Assembly (NCBI GenBank): GCA_046314355.1
Contig: JBKBWQ010000001.1
Location: 736,001 to 800,000, forward strand
Length of the DNA: 64,000 nt
Direction of reading: 5' to 3'
From: Candidatus Altimarinota bacterium
GTDB lineage: Bacteria > Patescibacteriota > Gracilibacteria > 1-14-2-50-48-13
Part shown: piece by piece, positions 47,622 through 56,594 of the stretch
How the letters are laid out: every line of letters starts with the position of its first letter
Numbering within the stretch: the first letter of the stretch is position 1
Made by a program: the position numbers and the translations under genes
Notes under the pieces: model-generated
The model's database searches: none
Told to the model about the DNA's origin: nothing
What the model saw: only the letters and a program-made list of their open reading frames with translations

Positions 47622-50600
47622 CTACTTTAAACTTTTTGAGAGAATCTTTGCTGCCTCTCCCCTGGTAATAGGTTTCATTGGTTCAAACTTTTCTCTTTTT
47701 TCAATAATACCAAGTCTTGCTGCATCACTTACATAAGCCGCAAACCATGAATTGCTTGGAACATCCGTAAAGACACCTTTTGTAATAATGAGGTCCTCTG
47801 ATGTTTTTTTGCCGGCTGAGAGCACTATCTTTAAAAATTCTGCCCTAGTCACTGATCTCGTAGGCTCAAAGTTTCCTTCACTAGTACCTGATATAATCCC
47901 CTGCTCCTTTGCGATACCAATATATCCTGCGTACCAGGAATTTATAACCACATCTTTGAAATATAAGTAGCCATACGTTGGATGCAGAGACTGAAATTGC
48001 TCAATAAAATCTGTCGATTCTTTATTTGAATAAAATGCTTTTACAGCGAGCTTCACAGCCTCTGCCCTATTAAGAGTCTCATTAGGTTCAAATCTGCCGG
48101 AACTTCTTCCTTCAATGATTCCTTTAGCAGCAAGGATTGCGATGTCTACTTTAGCAAAATGTGCATTTATATCTGTAAATGTAACAGAAGGTGTAGCTTT
48201 CGGAGGAGTAAGATATGCATTTTCACACTGTCCCTTAGCCATAATCTCTGACCTGCTCTCTCCGCAGTGCCACCATACCACTTGAGGTTTGCAGGTACGT
48301 GTAGTGGTATCAAACACATAGGAAGTGTCTGTTGCAATACAGAGATCTGAATTTTTATTCAAGTTTCCTATAGGCGCACTATTGAGATTCGTGTTACTAA
48401 GAACAGTACTATTCACATTTGTATTTGAGATAAGAACACTATTGAGGTTGAGGTTGAGGTTGAGATTTATATTTGAAATATTCGTATTAGTATTCGTTTT
48501 ATACTGAACACTGTTTGCATTGAATGGTATGACTTGTGGCATAGTGGCAGCAGGGATTTTACCAGTAGATACTGCCTCTTTGATAAGTGGAAGTGAGTCA
48601 AGGAGTCCTTGCTCTAGCGTATTAGTAAATTCCTCTTCACTCAAGAATACAATGGTTCCAGGAGCAAGAGAAAGGGTAACTTCTCCACTGTTGCTTGGAT
48701 ACAAATAGTATTCTTTAATCTGAGGAAAATGATCCAGACGAAGGTCTGCTTTGTATGCAGGCACATCCTGATCCGTGATTTCCAAAGATTCAAAGAGAGT
48801 CTTTACAGCTTTATAATCCTCAGTAGCTGCAACGGCTACATCTTTAGCCATCACTCCAAGTATACCGTTTCTAAGTGATGCCAATGCAGGACGTATCTCT
48901 GCTGGAGTAACCGCAGTTTTAAAAGCATTTACATCTCTCAGAATACGATTTTTGGCATGATTGTTATATGTAGTATTCATACCTGGGATCTTAAGTCCAT
49001 CTGTCGGATTCAATATCGGCATCAATTTTTCTAACGCAACTCTAATATTTGCTATAGCTGCTGCTTGATTTTCAAAATTATAAAGACTTCCAGACCGGAG
49101 CGGTGCATCTAGAGTAAGTATTTTCACAAAAGGTACCTGAAGATTTTTCAGCTGCATCTGTTTTGTCTCCTTTCCTTGATTAATGAGAAATCCATGGATC
49201 TTCCCTGTCTCACCCTTGCCAAGTACCTCAAATACACTTCCGCTTCCTGAACGCAGTACTTTGAGATCCAGCTGATTGCTTTTTGTAAATAAGACGTCTT
49301 TCACAGCCTTTGAAGCATATCCTTGGGAAAGCATTCTCCAAAACTGATTGGTGTGTCCATCGATCATCGGATCGGCAGGAAGCAGTACACAGATATTCCA
49401 TGCAGCACTACAATCTGAAGTACTCCATTTTCCATTTGTATTATTTTCACCCAGGATTGCACCAGGGAGATTATGGTAATCAGCAAAGCGTACATCTGGA
49501 CGTCCTCCTAACTGCCATGCAGATATAAGATAAGTGGCAGTAAACGGAAATTTCCAATGAGAAAGTGCGTTAAGCGCGACGGGATTATATTCAGAAATCC
49601 AGTACTGAATTTCTCCCAATCCTGCTTCGATAAGCTCACGCCGGTACCCATCCATTCCTACTTCCCACGTAGGATAGCCATACGCATATAAGTGGTGTGA
49701 TAATCCCACAAGGTTACCTTTATACTGTACCAATTCCTTCAGCATATCCTGATAACTCATGGAGATCGTATCATCTGCATTATAAAAATAATACTTTTCC
49801 TGAATAAGCTGGTCAGGAGGATAGTTTTCACGGGTAAAAGGCTTTGGCAGTTTATTCCGAGCTTTCGCAAGGAGGGTCGCAGTTGTTGGATTATAGAGCA
49901 CGATAGAGACTTTTACCTGCGGATCTTCCACTTTCATCGCTGTGATAGATGCTTTTACCACATCCAGATACATCCGCAGGGAAAGATCACCGTAGATGTC
50001 GGCACCTGATTCATTTCCAAGTTCGAAATATACATGACGGTTTGTAGTATTCTGATATCTTTCGTTAATGAATTTTACAATCTCGGCGCTCCGTTTTGCA
50101 ACAATAGGAATACACACTGATGGATTTTCAGTAACCTTACATACTTCCTTTGTAGCAGAATCATATCCGTATCCTACATTAATAGCATAGACAGTTCTCC
50201 AGTCAGGAGTCTGTGTTTTATCTGGAAATGTCAGATCGATAAGACTTTGAAAAAGATTGTGAATAGGCATACCCTTGATAGCTCCAGTAGCATCAGTCTG
50301 AAAGATTACTTTTTTGTTATAGTCACTCTGCGTCTTTCGCGCCGCATATGCCGCATCAGTAAGATCCCCCGCAGCTTTCATACGTTCAGTAGTATCATCA
50401 AAATAACGCAAATACACTTTGCGGGCAGCGTATTCATCAATAGGATCATACCTTTCAAAAGCTCCATCACGTACTCCTGAGAGACCAAGAACTTTCATAA
50501 AAGCAGTATAGAGAGTGGTATCTCTGCCTGCTCCAAAGGTACGAACATCTCCTGTATCCGCCACATGGGCACCAAAAGTATTCCGATCAAGCATTTTTAT

Positions 50601-50822
50601 TGAAGGAGCATTGCTCACTTCTTTCATATCTATTACCTCAGGAGTCGGCAGATCTTTATATGAAGCTGAGTAAAGGTTGTTATAAAAAGGAACAGTCTGA
50701 CCGCTGCCAATAATATCTCCGCGAAGCAGGTTTAGAGGAGCGTATCCAATAAATATTCCAATAAGTCCCAGAAAGATGGGGAGTACGAAAAGCATGATAT
50801 TTTTTTGTTTTCTGCTGATCAT
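47622..50822 (-). CDS. Clan GH-A-like glycoside hydrolase + Asn-rich linker + three SLH domains
   Basis: YFELGNE, SHHLY, YWISEYN; FEPNETLNRAEAVK, VTRAEFLK, ITRGEAAK. Confidence 0.75.
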   Translation of the reverse strand: MISRKQKNIMLFVLPIFLGLIGIFIGYAPLNLLRGDIIGSGQTVPFYNNLYSASYKDLPTPEVIDMKEVSNAPSIKMLDRNTFGAHVADTGDVRTFGAGRDTTLYTAFMKVLGLSGVRDGAFERYDPIDEYAARKVYLRYFDDTTERMKAAGDLTDAAYAARKTQSDYNKKVIFQTDATGAIKGMPIHNLFQSLIDLTFPDKTQTPDWRTVYAINVGYGYDSATKEVCKVTENPSVCIPIVAKRSAEIVKFINERYQNTTNRHVYFELGNESGADIYGDLSLRMYLDVVKASITAMKVEDPQVKVSIVLYNPTTATLLAKARNKLPKPFTRENYPPDQLIQEKYYFYNADDTISMSYQDMLKELVQYKGNLVGLSHHLYAYGYPTWEVGMDGYRRELIEAGLGEIQYWISEYNPVALNALSHWKFPFTATYLISAWQLGGRPDVRFADYHNLPGAILGENNTNGKWSTSDCSAAWNICVLLPADPMIDGHTNQFWRMLSQGYASKAVKDVLFTKSNQLDLKVLRSGSGSVFEVLGKGETGKIHGFLINQGKETKQMQLKNLQVPFVKILTLDAPLRSGSLYNFENQAAAIANIRVALEKLMPILNPTDGLKIPGMNTTYNNHAKNRILRDVNAFKTAVTPAEIRPALASLRNGILGVMAKDVAVAATEDYKAVKTLFESLEITDQDVPAYKADLRLDHFPQIKEYYLYPSNSGEVTLSLAPGTIVFLSEEEFTNTLEQGLLDSLPLIKEAVSTGKIPAATMPQVIPFNANSVQYKTNTNTNISNINLNLNLNLNSVLISNTNVNSTVLSNTNLNSAPIGNLNKNSDLCIATDTSYVFDTTTRTCKPQVVWWHCGESRSEIMAKGQCENAYLTPPKATPSVTFTDINAHFAKVDIAILAAKGIIEGRSSGRFEPNETLNRAEAVKLAVKAFYSNKESTDFIEQFQSLHPTYGYLYFKDVVINSWYAGYIGIAKEQGIISGTSEGNFEPTRSVTRAEFLKIVLSAGKKTSEDLIITKGVFTDVPSNSWFAAYVSDAARLGIIEKREKFEPMKPITRGEAAKILSKSLK

Positions 50823-50894
50823 CGGAGAATGATAAAAAAGGTATTCAGATTAGTATACCATTTATATGCTCAGATCTCAAGATTGGCTAAGAGC

Positions 50895-52142
50895 TTAGAT
50901 TCTGATTCTGAGCAGTTCACTAAAACTTGTTGTATACCGTGAAGAGAGAAAATTCGCCCGAAGTGCCCACTTCTTCTCCGTGCCCATGGCTCCAAAGAAT
51001 ATGCTATCTTTTCCATACAGCTGGTTACACTCATCAATAGTCTTGAGCGCCTTACTCTGTTTTTCTGTATCTCCGGCATTCCAGAAACTACACTGTAGAG
51101 CCGTCTCTGGTATAATTTCACCCAAGCGTATTCCCGCCTTCTGATATGGAATATTCGGATAAAAAATCTCATCCAGGACTTCAAGAGCAGTACGGATCAT
51201 CTTTGCTGTATCAGCGGTCGCCACTGGAAATGACTTGTATCCTGATGTACGTGAGTACTTAGTAGTTGTACTGAATCTATCTGTATTCAAACATACTGCA
51301 ACAGCTCCCGCAAGACTTCCCTGCTTTCTTAGCTTTTCCGCCGCCCTCGCCACATGGCTTGCGATAGCCTCCGAGATGATCTGCTTATCGGTAAGTTTGT
51401 ATCCAAAGGATCGGGATTCCATGATCATTTTCTTAGGCATGATCTCCGTTTCAAAAGGAAAACATGGAATTCCCCTAAGTTCCATTGCCGTCCAAAGTCC
51501 AGGAGTCTTTAGCTGTTTTTTTATCCAGCTATCATGCATATCTGCCAACTGAAGTGCAGTCCGGATACCGTTTGCATGGAGAAATTTTGTATGTTTTCTA
51601 CCAATCCCCCACACTTCTCCCACAGGAAAATCTCTCAAGAGATCTCTATACTCGTGAGCAGATACCTGATATGCCTTCTTTTTTAATTTTTTCCCAAGCC
51701 TATTTGCAACTTTCGCCAGAGTCTTTGACGGTGCAATACCAATACTGACAGGAATACCGGTGAACTGATAGACAGTTTTTGAAAGCTCTTCGCAGAACAG
51801 ATACGGATTCTCCACATCCCGAAGATCAAGAAAAGCCTCATCAATGGAATACACCTCTACCCTGCTCACTGCAGATCTCAGTACTTTCATCACTCGCGCA
51901 CTCATGTCTCCATAGAGTGCATAATTACTGCTAAAAACCTCGATACTCTTTTCCTTAAACTTATCTTTCCACATATGGTAGGCAGCACCCATGGGGATAT
52001 CCAGTGCTTTTGCCTCATCACTCCTCGCAATCACACAGCCGTCATTATTACTCAAAATACAGATGGGCTTCCCTCTCATCGCAGGATCAAAAGCTCTTTC
52101 ACAGGAAGCATAGAAATTATTGCAGTCAACAATAGCAATCAT
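50895..52142 (-). CDS. umuC: Y-family DNA polymerase V catalytic subunit
   Basis: VDCNNFYASCE, LSNNDGC, SSNYALYGDMS, YSIDEAF, SSRYTT. Confidence 0.95.
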   Translation of the reverse strand: MIAIVDCNNFYASCERAFDPAMRGKPICILSNNDGCVIARSDEAKALDIPMGAAYHMWKDKFKEKSIEVFSSNYALYGDMSARVMKVLRSAVSRVEVYSIDEAFLDLRDVENPYLFCEELSKTVYQFTGIPVSIGIAPSKTLAKVANRLGKKLKKKAYQVSAHEYRDLLRDFPVGEVWGIGRKHTKFLHANGIRTALQLADMHDSWIKKQLKTPGLWTAMELRGIPCFPFETEIMPKKMIMESRSFGYKLTDKQIISEAIASHVARAAEKLRKQGSLAGAVAVCLNTDRFSTTTKYSRTSGYKSFPVATADTAKMIRTALEVLDEIFYPNIPYQKAGIRLGEIIPETALQCSFWNAGDTEKQSKALKTIDECNQLYGKDSIFFGAMGTEKKWALRANFLSSRYTTSFSELLRIRI

Positions 52143-52567
52143 GATTTCAAAAGATTATGAATTGCACTCGTCACGACTCCCCATACTTCAAATTCATCGT
52201 AAGGAAAAATCAAAATCTCACTATATGCAGAGTTCGCAGGAACAAGCACTACTCTAGTGTGTCTTTTATGAAAATATTTTACCGTAAATTCCCCATTGAA
52301 GATCGCGACTACGACCATTCCATGCTTCGGTTCCAATGATTTATCCACTACTAATAAATCTCCATCTAAAATACCTGCATCTTTCATAGAATCTCCATGT
52401 ACGTAGATGAAGAACGTAGACACAGGATGATGGACTAGTTCATCATGAAGATTGATGGTTTTTTCGATGTAGTCATCTGCTGGAGATGGAAAACTCGCCT
52501 TTGTAGTTGCGAATAGCAAAGGTGTAAAGATTTTTTCTATTTGTAAAATAGGTTTACGTATTTCCAT
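52139..52567 (-). CDS. umuD: Pol V accessory subunit (S24 peptidase)
   Basis: FPSPADDY, GDSM, GDLLVVD, FTVK, VWGVV; ATGA overlap with umuC. Confidence 0.93.
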   Translation of the reverse strand: MEIRKPILQIEKIFTPLLFATTKASFPSPADDYIEKTINLHDELVHHPVSTFFIYVHGDSMKDAGILDGDLLVVDKSLEPKHGMVVVAIFNGEFTVKYFHKRHTRVVLVPANSAYSEILIFPYDEFEVWGVVTSAIHNLLKS

Positions 52568-52791
52568 ACAAGTGATAAAGGATCATTTGTAGTATAGGAA
52601 TAGTTGTGTTTTTTATACAAAGGGAAAAGTGGAGATAACGCAAGTTTCTAATGGGAAAGTATTCAGAAATTTTTTGTGAAGCTTTTTAGTACCTCTCATT
52701 TTAATCTTTAATTAAAGCACTCAAAGTTAAACAATAGTAAAAAGAGAGTGATGGAGTTTCCACCACTCTCTTTTTTATCTCGCACAGACTC

Positions 52792-53619
52792 TTACATACT
52801 TGCTCCAGAGAAACTTGTACCGCTTCCAGTCATAGTATTTCCAGATCCCGTCATAGAAGTACCTGAGCCAGTATTAGTATTCAAATTACTAGATGAATCC
52901 GGCACATAACAACACGAATATCGAGACATTAAAGACTGAGAGCTTACCGCCATTTTTGCAAGCTGTCCTCGGGTCACATAGTCATGAGAACCAAAATATC
53001 CTGATGCATTTGTATCAGTTTCGCTAATAGAGTATCCATCAAGAATTTTCCAGTTGTACGCAGTATTCACATAAGTATAAAACCAGTCAGTAGGATTAAC
53101 ATCTACAAAGGGTGCAACTGGTTTAGTCATATCTGGAGCACCACTTGCAAGAGTAATAATCTTTGCAGCCTCAGCTCTACTTACAAAACCTCCAGGACGA
53201 AACATACCTGTGAGCTTACCATTACTATCACGATATCCTTCAAAAATCTTAGCCTTTGATGCTACTGCAACATAATTGCTGTACCATGCCTCATTGGAGA
53301 CATCTAAGAATTCCATACGACTTCCCGTAGCAGTCTCACTCTCTAAAACACCGCTGACTATTGCAAGCTTTACCGCAATCTTTGCCATTTCAGCCCTGTT
53401 GATATATGCATCCGGGTGGAATGTGCCATCAGGATATCCTTCTACAACTCCCATATCTACAAGATCGTAGATAAAGTCATGGGCAAAGCTATTCTCTGAC
53501 ACATCAGAAAAAGAGTTCTGCACCGCTGAAGTAGTTAGTACGGTTCCTGCCATCAGAACTACAAACAAGACGCCAGTAAGCATCATCGTTTTTAAAGGAT
53601 TGCTCAAAGTATTTTTCAT
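52792..53619 (-). CDS. SLH-domain protein with C-terminal TGSGxxM repeats
   Basis: GYPDGTFHPDAYINRAEMAK, VSRAEAAK, VTRGQLAK; paralog of 55282-56166. Confidence 0.88.
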   Translation of the reverse strand: MKNTLSNPLKTMMLTGVLFVVLMAGTVLTTSAVQNSFSDVSENSFAHDFIYDLVDMGVVEGYPDGTFHPDAYINRAEMAKIAVKLAIVSGVLESETATGSRMEFLDVSNEAWYSNYVAVASKAKIFEGYRDSNGKLTGMFRPGGFVSRAEAAKIITLASGAPDMTKPVAPFVDVNPTDWFYTYVNTAYNWKILDGYSISETDTNASGYFGSHDYVTRGQLAKMAVSSQSLMSRYSCCYVPDSSSNLNTNTGSGTSMTGSGNTMTGSGTSFSGASM

Positions 53620-53646
53620 AAACAATATAAAGAATATAACCACAAA

Positions 53647-53672
53647 GACGCTTTCAATATGATCTTGTTACA
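53647..53672 (-). promoter_or_regulatory. ECF-sigma-type promoter
   Basis: TGTAAC-N16-CGTC about 28 nt upstream of ATG 53619. Confidence 0.6.
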
Positions 53673-53826
53673 AAAACGCAATATCCGTATATCTCCCTCT
53701 CTTATCCACCTTAAGTACTGCTAATAAATATATGAATAACTGCATCTTGATCATAACTCTTTTGCTAGAAGACCTTATTTGAGCAGTGTTTTGAGACTGC
53801 AAAGATAGTAACAAATATACCTGCTA

Positions 53827-54669
53827 CTACTCTTTAAAATACTCCTGATAGTCTAATATATGGCTCGCATAACAAAGTGATTCCATGTGATCAGACAGTT
53901 CTGGAGGTAATGCAATTTCCTGAGCAACAGTTACTTTATGAGTCATAATATCTAAAACATCAGCTCTTTTAGTTTTCAGCTGAACTTCATAAGGAAGATT
54001 TTTATCAAATCCTAAAGTAATGTTACTTGCAACATAAGGCTTAGGATACGGTTTATGTGGATTTCTCCAGTCATAATAAAGATTATAGTATGCATTAAAA
54101 GTTGATACTATATTCCCATGATTTACTAACAAACTGTCCATTACTCTTTCATTATCTTTTAGCGTATCTCCTAAGATTTTTCCTCTCACAATATCTCGCA
54201 CCTGCAGAATAGTAGGGTGAATCCATGCAGTACCTGCCTCCTCCATTTCATAAATTCTCTTCTGAATGCGGTCAGGAGCTTTTACACCACCACTAACAAA
54301 AGTATACTTTGCATCCTCTATATGGCTCACCAAATATTCTTCATATTGTTTTGCAATATGAAGCGCTTCCTTTCTTCCTTCTTCATTGAAAGCATAACTC
54401 TCTACATTCTGAAATTTTCTATTCTCAAAGTAAGAGTGTTTTATTCTTCTCTTTTCTCTTTCAACTGGCAAAACATATTTCAAAACAGAGCTGCTAGGGA
54501 TTTGCCCGTGCAGTTCAAAGAACTCTTCTCTTAAATATTCAATATCTGGTAAGAGTCCTCGATATTTTGATTTAATATCTTCTAAAATAACATTAAGTTT
54601 TTGATTAAATTCTATGTCGTTATTTAATCCAAGCTTATGTATGAGGAGGTTAGTTTTCTGCTCAAGCAT
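53827..54669 (-). CDS. RelA/SpoT-like nucleotidyltransferase (small alarmone synthetase-like, divergent)
   Basis: GGVKAPDRIQKR, VRDIVRGKI, PYVASN, PYEVQLKT in synthetase motif order. Confidence 0.6.
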   Translation of the reverse strand: MLEQKTNLLIHKLGLNNDIEFNQKLNVILEDIKSKYRGLLPDIEYLREEFFELHGQIPSSSVLKYVLPVEREKRRIKHSYFENRKFQNVESYAFNEEGRKEALHIAKQYEEYLVSHIEDAKYTFVSGGVKAPDRIQKRIYEMEEAGTAWIHPTILQVRDIVRGKILGDTLKDNERVMDSLLVNHGNIVSTFNAYYNLYYDWRNPHKPYPKPYVASNITLGFDKNLPYEVQLKTKRADVLDIMTHKVTVAQEIALPPELSDHMESLCYASHILDYQEYFKE

Positions 54670-54732
54670 AATAAAAAGGATATGCTATTAAATTTTGCAT
54701 ACTTTATTACTATTTTTTAAATTGTCAATATT

Positions 54733-55154
54733 TGGTGGAGATGCCGAGAGTCGAACTCGGGTATGACAGTGAAAACCATGAGCTTCTACGTTCGTAGTCT
54801 GCTTTTTTATTAAAGAGAGAAAGCTATAAAAGCTGACAAAACACTCTCGCCTCTTACATGAGTGTAGTTTCGGTAATGAAAAGCCCACATCTCTTTTCAG
54901 CCTATCCTCTTTTTTTACGCCCTTACTCCGTAGAGGAGTCAAAAGTAATGAACGTCACCTTATATAGAAGGTGAATAGGTCCTTACGCAAATGCGAGCTC
55001 CTTATCGTTAACGAAAAGGTTCTTTACCTGTGCAAGAATTCCAGTGTTTTTAGCACTTAAATTTGCCTTGATTAGTTAAGGAGCAACAAGGCAAGCTCCT
55101 GAACGCCACTCGATGACTTTAAAGACACCATCAGCGAAGCCAAAATACATCCCC
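54733..55154 (-). ncRNA. ssrA: tmRNA (422 nt)
   Basis: 5' GGGGATG...GGCTTCG; 3' CCGAGTTCGACTCTCGGCATCTCCACCA; tag ORF 55054-54983 ending LAFA*. Confidence 0.95.
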
Positions 55155-55281
55155 ATTTGTGAAAGAACATAGAGAGTATACTTGAAATGATAAAAAAATC
55201 AAATAGAAACCTGTCTAGCACTGGATTATAAAAAAGCACATCGCGTTTGACGCGATGCGCTTTTCGTAACTATTGTAATTC

Positions 55282-56166
55282 TTACATTGAAGATCCAGTT
55301 CCGCTCATAGTACTACCTGTACCAGACATATTTGAACCTGATCCAGTCATTGTATTTCCAGAACCTGTCATAGTAGATCCGGTACCAGTCATAGATGATC
55401 CAGAACCCGTCATACTAGAACCAGAACCAGTCATTGTACTTCCAGATCCAGTATTAGCGTTATTATTCATATTGATATTTGTCACTACTCTATGGAGAGT
55501 AAGTGCAGTAATCTTTGCTACCTGCCCTCGTGTTACCATATCATTTGGTCCTACAGTACCTGTGAGGACTCCGCTTGCATTCATATATCCATTGATAATA
55601 GAGTATCCGTATGCAGCATTGATAAATCGATAGAACCAATCACTTGAAGTGCTGTCTGTGAAAGGTGCTGACGGAGCATTTGCTACCGGCAGACCTCCTG
55701 CGAGAAGCAATACTTTTACAGACTGAGCTCGAGTCACTGCATCACTAGGACCATACTTCCCAGTAAGAGCACCTGATGCATCTCTATATCCTTCAAAGAT
55801 ACCTGCTTGAGTAGCTAGTGCTACATCATTATAGTACCAAGCCGTAGGAGATACGTCTGCAAATACGATACCGCTTGCAGTAGCCTTATCTGGATCAATA
55901 GTTCCACTTAATTTTGCTACCTTCACTGCTATTTTCGCAAGTTCAGCTCTATTGATCACATTATCAGGCTTGAAAGTACCATCTGCATATCCGCCAATAA
56001 TGCCGAGATCTCTTAGCTCGTTTACTGAATCATAGGCAAAGTTTGTATTTGTGACGTCAGAGAAGTCATTCATCGCGTGAGCAGATAGCTGAGTGCCGAT
56101 TGAGAGCACTACTAATACCGCTACCGCTGCTTTCCATGTGTGCTGTTTAGCAGAGAGAATATTCAT
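55282..56166 (-). CDS. SLH-domain protein with eight C-terminal (T/S)G(S/T)GxxM heptads
   Basis: GYADGTFKPDNVINRAELAK, VTRAQ, VTRGQVAK. Confidence 0.88.
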   Translation of the reverse strand: MNILSAKQHTWKAAVAVLVVLSIGTQLSAHAMNDFSDVTNTNFAYDSVNELRDLGIIGGYADGTFKPDNVINRAELAKIAVKVAKLSGTIDPDKATASGIVFADVSPTAWYYNDVALATQAGIFEGYRDASGALTGKYGPSDAVTRAQSVKVLLLAGGLPVANAPSAPFTDSTSSDWFYRFINAAYGYSIINGYMNASGVLTGTVGPNDMVTRGQVAKITALTLHRVVTNINMNNNANTGSGSTMTGSGSSMTGSGSSMTGTGSTMTGSGNTMTGSGSNMSGTGSTMSGTGSSM

Positions 56167-56199
56167 ATATAGTGAATAAAAGAGTAAATATACATATAT

Positions 56200-56225
56200 A
56201 ACGTAGCAACACTAAGATTGTTACA
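56200..56225 (-). promoter_or_regulatory. ECF-sigma-type promoter
   Basis: TGTAAC-N16-CGTT about 34 nt upstream of ATG 56166. Confidence 0.6.
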
Positions 56226-56228
56226 AAA

Positions 56229-56540
56229 GTAGCCAATCCTAGCCCATAGTTCCTATTTTAAGTCTTGAGTAAAATTCTTTTGGAATTCTTCTTATTACTT
56301 AAGTTCCATACCTGTATCCTTGTACAATGTAATGCTCTCTCTACATTGATCAAACCAAAGATTCAAATTGGATTTCATCGAGAATGAGTCTCTCTCGATA
56401 ATAGTACTATGCAGCGCTGATTATATTCTGTCTTTTCCTACCATCAGTTAGTAGATACAGATGCTTCTTTCAAAGTACTGTGCTCTCCAAGAGATGATAA
56501 AAGGACAAATGAACAGAAATGATCGATTCGGATTGGCTAC
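56229..56540 (-). ncRNA. Candidate ~312-nt structured ncRNA of unknown class
   Basis: TTGCAA-17-TATTAT promoter just upstream; 11-bp 5'/3' pairing; multiple internal stems with minus-strand G-U pairs; ends in UUUU. Confidence 0.6.
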
Positions 56541-56594
56541 ATAGATATAATACCACATTGTATAATATATTGCAATAATTATATATTTTGTAAA

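Noticed and set aside
30242-52142. Genetic code 25 (TGA=Gly) as in Gracilibacteria sensu stricto/SR1
   Set aside because: Long genes are intact under code 11, and ATGA stop/start overlaps at 30242-30245 and 52139-52142 show TGA is a stop
54688-54942. 84-aa minus-strand ORF
   Set aside because: Lies mostly inside the tmRNA structural region
56229-56540. Invertible DNA switch bounded by the 11-bp inverted repeat
   Set aside because: No recombinase nearby, the promoter lies outside the repeats, and strand-specific G-U stems favour an RNA
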